Below are positions 8,763 through 15,513 of a DNA stretch of 52,606 nucleotides, piece by piece. The notes below the pieces were generated by a model. It saw nothing but the letters and a program-made list of their open reading frames with translations, was not told the origin of the DNA and did no database searches. Origin of the DNA: Candidatus Aerophobota bacterium (GTDB taxonomy: Bacteria; Aerophobota; Aerophobia; Aerophobales; JAGGXI01); NCBI GenBank assembly GCA_021163155.1, contig JAGGXI010000085.1, positions 1 through 52,606 of the forward strand, given 5' to 3'. Within the stretch, counting starts at the first letter, position 1. Every line of letters begins with the position of its first letter. Both the position numbers and the translations under genes were made by a program.

Positions 8763-9781
8763 TATTGAGTTTGAATTTTCTCTAAAGTAATAGATTCATC
8801 TTTTACAATTTCCATTATCGCTTTTTTGTCTATTACTTCTTGTATATCCCTGGGGCTATTCTCATAAGATGGTCTTACCATTTTTATCATCTCTTCTTTT
8901 AAGATAACTCCTTTGGAAATATCAGATTTTGCATAAAGTCCTCTTCGGGCAAACTTTCGTTCAGGTAACTCTTCTAATACAGGTCTTTTTTTACCGTCTC
9001 CCAGGGCTTTCTCAAGTTCTCTTATTTTTTTAATCATTTCAGAAAATTCCTCTACTTCTAAGGCAAATGGATGGTCTGGACCTTTTAAATTTCTATTAAA
9101 TGTAATATGTTTTTCAATTACAGAGGCTCCTAAGGCAACTGCTCCCAGGGGAACTATATAACCCGGTGAGTGGTCCGAGTATCCTACAGGCAAATTGAAG
9201 GTATTTTGCATAGTTACCATAGCTCTAATGTTGGCATCCTTTAATTTTGATGGGTAATTACTAACGCAGTGAAGTAAAATAATTTCTCTATTTCCAACGG
9301 AGTTTACTATTTTTATAGCTTTTTTAACTTCTTCGAGAGTAGCCATTCCTGTAGAGAGTATTATTGGCTTTTTCTTTTGAGCAATGTATTTTAAAAAAGA
9401 ATAACAAGTCAGGTCTCCTGAGGCAACCTTGAAAGCAGGTACATTAATTTTTTCTAAAAGATCTACCTTTTCTTCATCAAAAGGGGTAGAGAGAAAGATA
9501 ATTTTTTCCTTTTGGGCATATTCAGCTAATTCAGAATACCACTTTATAGGTAATTCTATTCTTGAGACTGCCTCATACACTTGAGGGAGTTTCTTTTTAT
9601 TTACCAATTTATCTGCTGTAAATGATTGGAATTTTACAGCATCAGCTCCTGCCTCTTTAGCTGCTTTAGTTAATCTTTTAGCTTGATCCAGTTTTCCATC
9701 ATGATTTGAGCCAATTTCAGCAATGATAAAGCAAGGCTCTCCTTTTCCTATTAAATGGCTTCCTATTTTTATTTTTCTCAT
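8762..9781 (-). CDS. pseI: nonulosonic acid synthase, NeuB family (pseudaminic acid synthase by context)
   Basis: 339 aa. The N-terminus GEPCFIIAEIGSNHDGKLDQAKRL..GADAVKFQ is the NeuB TIM barrel. A C-terminal SAF domain is present (ARRGLYAKSDISKGVIL). Confidence 0.8.
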   Translation of the reverse strand: MRKIKIGSHLIGKGEPCFIIAEIGSNHDGKLDQAKRLTKAAKEAGADAVKFQSFTADKLVNKKKLPQVYEAVSRIELPIKWYSELAEYAQKEKIIFLSTPFDEEKVDLLEKINVPAFKVASGDLTCYSFLKYIAQKKKPIILSTGMATLEEVKKAIKIVNSVGNREIILLHCVSNYPSKLKDANIRAMVTMQNTFNLPVGYSDHSPGYIVPLGAVALGASVIEKHITFNRNLKGPDHPFALEVEEFSEMIKKIRELEKALGDGKKRPVLEELPERKFARRGLYAKSDISKGVILKEEMIKMVRPSYENSPRDIQEVIDKKAIMEIVKDESITLEKIQTQ

Positions 9782-11027
9782 TTTTCTTCCTATAATGCAT
9801 TATTATACTTTTTACGGCATTTATCACGGACCCAACATCTTTTTCTTTCATTCCAGGAAACAGAGGCAAAGTAATTGCCTCCTCATAATATTTTTCTGCT
9901 TTAGGACAGATACCCTTTTTGTAACCTAATTTTTCATAATATGGCTGATAGTAGATTGGTATATAGTGAACCTGCACACCAATATTTTTTTTCCGTAATG
10001 TTTCAAAGATTTCTCTACGGCTTGCCTTTAATTTATTTAGCTTAAGCCTTATTACATAAATATGCCAGGCAGATTTGACATCAGGCTTTTCGTAGGGGAT
10101 AATTATCTCTTCTACTTCCTTAAAGGCTCTATTATATTTTTTTACAATTTGCTTTCTTTTTTCTAAGAATTTATTTAGTTTCTTTAATTGAGATATTCCT
10201 AATACACATTGAAAATCAGTTAGACGGTAGTTATATCCAAGCTCCTGCATCTCGTAATACCAGGGAGGTGAGAGGTGAGAGGTGAGACGTGAAACGTGAG
10301 ACGTGAGACGTAAGACGTAAGAGGTAAAACCAAAGGCTAAATCCTTATTGATAAATCTATCTGGATTCTTGGTTATCCCATGATTTCTGAATAAAAGGAG
10401 TTTTTCGTAAAACTCTTCATTGTTGGTGGTTACTGCACCTCCCTCACCAGTAGTGATATTTTTTACTGGATGAAAACTGAAAGTAGTCATATCAGAGTGA
10501 GCGCAGCTTCCCACCTTAACCCATTTTCCCATTAACCTATATTTTGCTCCTAAGGCATGGGAAGCGTCTTCAATTACTACTGAACTATGCTTTTTTGCAA
10601 TTTGATAAATTCTCTCTAAATTAACGGGCTGCCCGGTAAAATCTACAGGGATTATTGCTTTTGTTTTAGAAGTAATTTTTTTCTCAATCTCTTCAGGGTT
10701 TATGTTGTAGGTATCCTCTTTAATATCGGCAAAGACAGGTTTCCCTTGTAAATATAAGATGCAATTGCTACTGGCAACGAAACTGATAGGTGCAGTGATT
10801 GCCTCATTGCCTTTCTTAATTCCTGCAGCAAAAGAAGCTGCGTGCAGAGCTGCTGTTCCGCTGTTAAGAACCACCGCATACTTTGCTCCTACATAATTAG
10901 ATAAGGCTTCTTCAAATTCTCTTACCTTTGAGCCCTGTGTTATCCAATCGCTCTTTAAAACCTTTACTACCTCTTTTATATCCTCATCATCTATTGATTG
11001 ATGTCCATAAGGAAGATAAGTTGGCAT
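9717..11027 (-). CDS. pseC: DegT/PseC-type PLP aminotransferase (UDP-4-amino-4,6-dideoxy-N-acetyl-beta-L-altrosamine transaminase-like) with a 21-aa repeat insertion
   Basis: 436 aa. YLPYGHQSIDDEDIKEVVKVLKSDWITQGSKVREFEEAL..LNSGTAALHAA is a PseC-type N-terminus. SFHPVKNITTGEGG carries the PLP lysine, and LGYNYRLTD is present. Its tail overlaps pseI by 65 nt. Confidence 0.85.
   Translation of the reverse strand: MPTYLPYGHQSIDDEDIKEVVKVLKSDWITQGSKVREFEEALSNYVGAKYAVVLNSGTAALHAASFAAGIKKGNEAITAPISFVASSNCILYLQGKPVFADIKEDTYNINPEEIEKKITSKTKAIIPVDFTGQPVNLERIYQIAKKHSSVVIEDASHALGAKYRLMGKWVKVGSCAHSDMTTFSFHPVKNITTGEGGAVTTNNEEFYEKLLLFRNHGITKNPDRFINKDLAFGFTSYVLRLTSHVSRLTSHLSPPWYYEMQELGYNYRLTDFQCVLGISQLKKLNKFLEKRKQIVKKYNRAFKEVEEIIIPYEKPDVKSAWHIYVIRLKLNKLKASRREIFETLRKKNIGVQVHYIPIYYQPYYEKLGYKKGICPKAEKYYEEAITLPLFPGMKEKDVGSVINAVKSIIMHYRKKNEKNKNRKPFNRKRRALLYHC
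10268..10330. repeat. nine tandem heptanucleotide units (GTGAGAC-like, 63 bp) inside the pseC coding frame
   Basis: Reads gtgagag gtgagag gtgagac gtgaaac gtgagac gtgagac gtaagac gtaagag gtaaaac on the plus strand. Translated on the minus strand it gives TSYVLRLTSHVSRLTSHLS, just before the conserved PPWYYE..LGYNYR. Confidence 0.9.
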
Positions 11028-11091
11028 TTTATTTCTCCTTATCTATAAATAAGCTACTACCGAGTAAATTCGGTAGTATTTAAGTAAACGA

Positions 11092-11152
11092 AGGCTCTGA
11101 GCCTTGCGGCTACCATCCCACTTCTGCGCAGGCTAAAGCCTGCGGCTACCGG
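11092..11152. repeat. REP-like hairpin units (family R1)
   Basis: AGGCTCTGAGCCTTGCGGCTACC ... GCGCAGGCTAAAGCCTGCGGCTACCGG abuts the stop codon of the epimerase gene. A further hairpin CTACCGAGTAAATTCGGTAG lies at ~11056-11075. Confidence 0.75.
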
Positions 11153-12091
11153 TTATAACTGTTTTCTTATCCATTCCCTCGTTTTAGCTATTCCCTTCCT
11201 TAATGAAGTTTTTGGTTTCCACCCCAAAAGAGATTCTGCTCTGCTATAGTCACAACAAAGTTTGGATATCTCACTTTGAGGGTGAATATGTGGAATATGG
11301 TGAATACAATCACCATCATGAGCTATCAATTTAGCCAGTTCATTTATAGAGATATCTTTTCCTGTTCCTGCATTTATGATTTTTCCTGTTGTTTTATCTG
11401 ATAAACCTGCTTTTACAATAAAATTAGCGCAATCCTCTACATATAAAAAATCTCGTGTTTGTGTTCCTTCTCCATAAATATTTAAAGCTTCTCTTTTTAA
11501 ATTTTGCTTTATAAAAATAGAGATTACCCCTCCTTCGCTATTCCCTTTTTGATAAGGACCGTAGGTGTTAAAAGGACGAAGGATTACCACAGGAAGATTG
11601 TAAGCATAATAATAAGATAGAATAAGATTTTCCGCGGATAATTTACTTGCAGCATAAGGAGAGAGGGGGGAAATAGGATAGTTTTCATCAATAGGTTTTA
11701 AATTTCCCTTTTTATATACCATACAGGTACTTATAAAGACAATTTTACTATTTTTTCTCCTTGCTTCTTCTAACATATTAAAAGTTCCTTTAATGTTTAC
11801 TTTGAAAGTTTCCAGAGGATTATCAAGACTTTCTTGAACGCTAATGGTAGATGCTAAATGAAAACAGATATCGAAATTTTCTTCCTCAAAAATTACCCGA
11901 AGGAGATCTCTTTGAAGAATGTCTCCCCTTACGAATCCTTTAAAATAGGGATGTTGTTTAAATTCAGCTATATTTTTCTCCTCTCCGTTAGAAAGGTTAT
12001 CCAAAACATAAACATCGTATTTTTCTTTAAGAAGATATTTCACTGTCCATCTTCCTATAAATCCTGCTCCTCCAGTAACTAAAGTCTTCAT
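11153..12091 (-). CDS. NAD-dependent nucleotide-sugar epimerase/dehydratase (extended SDR)
   Basis: 312 aa. Has VTGGAGFIGRW, the catalytic YAASKLSAE (YxxxK), and the typical C-terminal LGWKP. Confidence 0.8.
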   Translation of the reverse strand: MKTLVTGGAGFIGRWTVKYLLKEKYDVYVLDNLSNGEEKNIAEFKQHPYFKGFVRGDILQRDLLRVIFEEENFDICFHLASTISVQESLDNPLETFKVNIKGTFNMLEEARRKNSKIVFISTCMVYKKGNLKPIDENYPISPLSPYAASKLSAENLILSYYYAYNLPVVILRPFNTYGPYQKGNSEGGVISIFIKQNLKREALNIYGEGTQTRDFLYVEDCANFIVKAGLSDKTTGKIINAGTGKDISINELAKLIAHDGDCIHHIPHIHPQSEISKLCCDYSRAESLLGWKPKTSLRKGIAKTREWIRKQL

Positions 12092-13368
12092 TTTATTAAG
12101 TTTTCTCTTATTAAAAATTTTTTTATCTCTTCCTGAGTAAGAGAAGGAATTTTTGCTGAAATATAATGTCCATTATTTTCTGGTATATAACTTCCTGGAT
12201 AGGAATGCCTAACATTTTTCCCTATAGCAGGCAAAATAATATACATATCGTCTCTTTCCAGAGCTCTTCTTTCTTCATCTTTAGTCATTAGCTCCTCATA
12301 AATTTTTTCTCCTGGTTTAATGCCTACTTCCTTTATATTATTATGAAAACCAAGTGAATTCTCAATAGCCTCTACAAGGTCCAAAATTTTGATTACAGAC
12401 ATCTTCATAACAAAGATTTCTCCTCCCTTAGCTAAAAGAGTAGCCTTAAAGATAAATTCTGCTGCCTCTCTTAAAAACATAATAAATCTTGTCATCTTTT
12501 TGCTGGTTATAGTAATAGATTTTCCCTTTATCAATTGTTCCTTAAATAGGGGAATAACAGAGCCTCTCGAGCCGAGGACATTACCAAATCGGACGCTGGC
12601 AAAGATTACTCTCCGCTTTCCTTTATAATGATTGGCAGAGGTAAAAAGCTTCTCTGCCATTAGCTTTGTTGCTCCCATTGTGCTGGTGGGATTTACTGCC
12701 TTATCTGTTGAGGTAAAGATAACCTTCTCCACATCCACCTTTAAGGCTGCCTTAATTACATTTTGTGAACCATATACATTAGTGTTTACTGCTTCAAAAG
12801 GGTTGTATTCACAGGAGGCAACATGCTTTAGAGCAGCAGTATGAAAGACAATATCTACATCCTCCATAGCCATTTCCAATCTTTTAGCATCCCTTACATC
12901 ACCAATAAAATACCTAAGATTTTTTTCATCCTTAAATTCTTCCTGCATATTGAATTGTTTGGTTTCATCTCTACTATAGATACGAATTACCATGGGGTCG
13001 AGTGGGAGGAGTTGCCGCACGATCTCCTTGCCTATTGTTCCTGTGCCCCCAGTAATTAGTATTCTTTTTCCTTTAAAATATTTATAGTCGTTATTTTGAG
13101 GGAAATTTTTGCTTTTTCGGGAGGCAAGATTTTCCTGATTACTTTCAAGTATTTTCTTTGCTCCCTTTATGGTATATCCTTCATTTTTAATTAATCTTTT
13201 AATCTCTAAAGCATTTCTTAAGTCGTTTTTATCGTATCTTCTATGTCCTCCTTTACTCCGATAAGGTTGGAGAAAATCATTAAACTCCTTCTCCCAGTAT
13301 CTTAATGTATACTCCTTTATCCCTATCTTTTGACAAACCTCTCTTATGTTTAGAAAGCCGTTATTCAT
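12088..13368 (-). CDS. pseB: MerR-type HTH domain fused to a PseB/CapD/FlaA1-type UDP-GlcNAc 4,6-dehydratase
   Basis: The ORF is open to 13461, but the first 31 codons are REP-encoded. ATG 13368 follows a GAGGA. N-terminal LNIREVCQKIGIKEYTLRYWEKEF..GGHRRYDKNDL is a MerR HTH. The rest, ILITGGTGTIGKE..RDETKQ..FIGDVRD..TDKAVNPTSTMGATKL..VRFGNVLGSRGSVIP..MTRF, is PseB/CapD-like. Confidence 0.8.
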   Translation of the reverse strand: MNNGFLNIREVCQKIGIKEYTLRYWEKEFNDFLQPYRSKGGHRRYDKNDLRNALEIKRLIKNEGYTIKGAKKILESNQENLASRKSKNFPQNNDYKYFKGKRILITGGTGTIGKEIVRQLLPLDPMVIRIYSRDETKQFNMQEEFKDEKNLRYFIGDVRDAKRLEMAMEDVDIVFHTAALKHVASCEYNPFEAVNTNVYGSQNVIKAALKVDVEKVIFTSTDKAVNPTSTMGATKLMAEKLFTSANHYKGKRRVIFASVRFGNVLGSRGSVIPLFKEQLIKGKSITITSKKMTRFIMFLREAAEFIFKATLLAKGGEIFVMKMSVIKILDLVEAIENSLGFHNNIKEVGIKPGEKIYEELMTKDEERRALERDDMYIILPAIGKNVRHSYPGSYIPENNGHYISAKIPSLTQEEIKKFLIRENLIK

Positions 13369-13404
13369 TTTATCCTCGCTTTGATAATATAGGTGGACGC
13401 ATAA

Positions 13405-13434
13405 GCGCAGGCTCTGATCCTCGCGGCTACCGGT
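13405..13434. repeat. single REP-like unit (family R1)
   Basis: GCGCAGGCTCTGATCCTCGCGGCTACCGGT creates the spurious N-terminal extension of the pseB ORF. Confidence 0.7.
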
Positions 13435-13512
13435 TGCCAACCCCATATTTATTATCGGCATATTAAGAAAATACTTTAATTTTATAAGGCAAAATTTATA
13501 CCAAATTATAGA

Positions 13513-13539
13513 TTAGCAAACTTTGTGAAATATTGCTAA
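13513..13539. promoter_or_regulatory. 7-bp inverted repeat TTAGCAA-N13-TTGCTAA in the divergent pseB/tRNA intergenic region
   Basis: A perfect palindrome read directly from the sequence. Its right arm doubles as a -35-like TTGCTA, 16 nt upstream of TATAAT (13555-13560) on the plus strand. Confidence 0.25.
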
Positions 13540-13664
13540 AATTTAAACAAAGTGTATAATATACTAATGAGGGGAAAATAGAATAAGGATTAAAAAAGGG
13601 TGGCTATTGATTTTTCTCACAAAAGACCTCTGATTACATAGATATTACATAGATAAGTTATTGT

Positions 13665-13702
13665 AAATCGGTGCAATCATTTTTAATAATCTGCGTAAGC
13701 AG
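13665..13702. repeat. ~37-nt repeat (family R4)
   Basis: AAATCGGTGCAATCATTTTTAATAATCTGCGTAAGCAG closely matches 36628-36664 (AAATCGGTGTAATCATTTTAAGAATCTGTGTAATCAG). Confidence 0.7.
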
Positions 13703-13755
13703 GGGACCATATAGATTTTTCAGAAATCTTTACAAAAAGCGATGACAAAATGGGG

Positions 13756-13783
13756 TTGACAGATTATATTGTTATGATATATC
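13756..13783 (+). promoter_or_regulatory. sigma70-like promoter for the tRNA cluster
   Basis: TTGACA (13756-13761), a 16-nt spacer, then TATATC preceded by TG. It lies ~20 nt upstream of tRNA-Lys. Confidence 0.45.
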
Positions 13784-13804
13784 TATTAAAACTTTTAAAA
13801 CTCT

Positions 13805-13877
13805 GGGCCGTTAGCTCAGTTGGTAGAGCATCGCCCTTTTAAGGCGAGGGTCGCAGGTTCGAATCCTGCACGGCTCA
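13805..13877 (+). tRNA. tRNA-Lys (anticodon UUU)
   Basis: Cloverleaf folded by hand: acceptor GGGCCGT/ACGGCTC, anticodon loop CTTTTAA, T-arm GCAGG-TTCGAAT-CCTGC. Confidence 0.9.
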
Positions 13878-13879
13878 TT

Positions 13880-13951
13880 GCCCCCATCGTCTAGTGGTTA
13901 GGACACCGCTCTTTCAAGGCGGCAACGGGGGTTCAATTCTCCCTGGGGGCA
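13880..13951 (+). tRNA. tRNA-Glu (anticodon UUC)
   Basis: Acceptor GCCCCCA/TGGGGGC, anticodon loop CTTTCAA, T-loop TTCAATT. Confidence 0.9.
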
Positions 13952-13953
13952 TT

Positions 13954-14025
13954 GCGGGGTTAGCTCAGTGGAAGAGCGCTTGCCTTACAAGCAAGAGGTC
14001 GTTGGTTCAAGCCCATCACCCCGCA
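13954..14025 (+). tRNA. tRNA-Val (anticodon UAC)
   Basis: Acceptor GCGGGGT/ACCCCGC, anticodon stem CTTGC/GCAAG with loop CTTACAA. There is one U-U mismatch in the T-stem. Confidence 0.85.
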
Positions 14026-14080
14026 CTAAACTCTACAGGGTAGAAAATGAATCAGTTTATAGATAAGAGAAGGAGAGTGC

Positions 14081-14797
14081 TTGGTGAATAAAGACTTATC
14101 TCTACTTATTAAATTGCAGTCTTTAGATACAGAGATAAGCAAAAAAGAGAAAAAGAAAGATGTATTTTCTCAGCAAATTGAAGAAATAGAAGGAAAAATA
14201 GAAATACTGGAAAAAGAATTAGTTTCCAGAGAAAAAGAACTAAAACAAATTAAAAAAGAGAAAAGGAAAAAGGAAAGAGAAATAGAAGATATCGACCTGC
14301 TTTTATCTAAATATGAAGGGGAGAAATACAAAGTTAAATCACAAGGAGAGTTTGCTGCTTTAGAAAAGGAGATTAACGAAGCCAAGAAAAATAAGACGAA
14401 AATAGAGGATATTTTATTGGAATTGATGGAAAAAGAGGAAAAAGATATGGTTGATTTCCCTTCTTTTAAAAAAGGGGCAGCAGAAAAGAAAGAGAATTTA
14501 AAAAAAAAGAGGGATATTGTAGTAATAAATTTAGAAAATACTACTAAAGAAGAAAAAGATTTAAAGAATGAGCGAGTAAAATTGACTTCTCAGTTAAATT
14601 TTGTCTTATTAAATCAGTATACGCAATTATCCAAGGGTAAGAAAGGACCCATTGTTGTTCCTATGGAAGATGGAGTATGTGAAGGATGTAATATGAGAGT
14701 TTCTCCTTCTTTAATGGGCAAAATTAAGAAGGGGGAAGAGATTGTATATTGTGAGAATTGCAGCCGAATATTGTATACCCTGGATAATATTCGATAA
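14081..14797 (+). CDS. coiled-coil protein with a C-terminal C4 zinc ribbon (DUF164/COG1579 family)
   Basis: 238 aa. LLIKLQSLDTEI is followed by long K/E-rich heptads, then C-terminal CEGCNMRV..YCENCSRIL. Typically found upstream of ruvX-type housekeeping genes. The start may be GTG 14084, after AGGAGAG. Confidence 0.75.
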   Translation: MVNKDLSLLIKLQSLDTEISKKEKKKDVFSQQIEEIEGKIEILEKELVSREKELKQIKKEKRKKEREIEDIDLLLSKYEGEKYKVKSQGEFAALEKEINEAKKNKTKIEDILLELMEKEEKDMVDFPSFKKGAAEKKENLKKKRDIVVINLENTTKEEKDLKNERVKLTSQLNFVLLNQYTQLSKGKKGPIVVPMEDGVCEGCNMRVSPSLMGKIKKGEEIVYCENCSRILYTLDNIR

Positions 14798-14820
14798 TCT
14801 GTAAAATAGATATTAATAAA

Positions 14821-15234
14821 ATGCATATTTTATGTTTAGATGTAGGGGATAGAAAGATAGGAGTAGCTGTAAGCGATCCTTTGGAGATTATAGCTCAAGG
14901 AGTAGATCAGATAAAACGGAATAAATTATTTCCGGAAGAGACTATTTATCACATTCAAAAGTTAATTTTTAAGTATAAAGCGAAGAAGATAGTAGTGGGC
15001 TTGCCTAAAACTATGGGAGGAGAAGAAGGATTTCAGGCAAAGAAAGTGCGAGAATTTGTAAAATACTTATCTCCAAAGATAGATATACCTTTAATTTTAG
15101 TTGATGAGAGATTATCTACAGCGATCGCAAAAAGAGTATTAAAAGAGACAAAAACTACTTTTTCTAAACGAAAAAAAAGCGAAGATAAAATAGCAGCATC
15201 CGTAATTTTACAGACTTACCTTGATAGTAAATAA
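14821..15234 (+). CDS. ruvX: Holliday-junction resolvase-like pre-16S rRNA nuclease RuvX/YqgF
   Basis: 137 aa. ILCLDVGDRKIGVAVSD, IVVGLPKTMGGEEG, DERLST and AASVILQTYLD are all present. Confidence 0.85.
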   Translation: MHILCLDVGDRKIGVAVSDPLEIIAQGVDQIKRNKLFPEETIYHIQKLIFKYKAKKIVVGLPKTMGGEEGFQAKKVREFVKYLSPKIDIPLILVDERLSTAIAKRVLKETKTTFSKRKKSEDKIAASVILQTYLDSK

Positions 15235-15361
15235 GGAAAATAAGGAAAATAAGTAAATAAGTAAATAAGTAAATAAGTTAAATAAGTAGATAAGGAAAAT
15301 AAGTAAATAAGTTAAATAAGTTAAATAAGTTAAATAAGTAGATAAGGAAAATAAGGAAAAT
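15226..15361. repeat. tandem array of 8-9-nt units (AAGTAAAT / AAGGAAAAT / AAGTTAAAT / AAGTAGAT)
   Basis: About 16 consecutive units start inside the last codons and stop codon of ruvX. Confidence 0.9.
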
Positions 15362-15434
15362 GGGGAGTAAGAGAAAAGATGAAGGAACTACAAGAAATAG
15401 TACAAAATTTATCTAATTAACTCATCAACCCATT

Positions 15435-15494
15435 ATCCCATTTACCCATTTACTCTAAACAGCGACGGAGGGGAAAAGTCCCGAGATATCCTTG
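15435..15494. repeat. conserved intergenic motif (family R3): short CCCATTTAC units followed by CAGCGACGGAGGGGAAAAGTCCCGAGATATCCTTG
   Basis: Near-identical to 46818-46876 (..ATCCCATTTACTCG..CAGCGACAGAGGGGAAAAGTCCCGAGATATTCTTG). Ends 20 nt before the mltG ATG. Confidence 0.75.
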
Positions 15495-15513
15495 ATTCCC
15501 AAAAGGTTTAAAT

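Noticed and set aside
13368-13461. The longer 457-aa version of the pseB ORF starting at 13461
   Set aside because: The extra 31 codons (MPIINMGLATGSREDQSLRLCVHLYYQSEDK) are a translation of an R1 REP hairpin and AT-rich spacer. ATG 13368 has a GAGGA Shine-Dalgarno sequence and starts the MerR helix-turn-helix domain.
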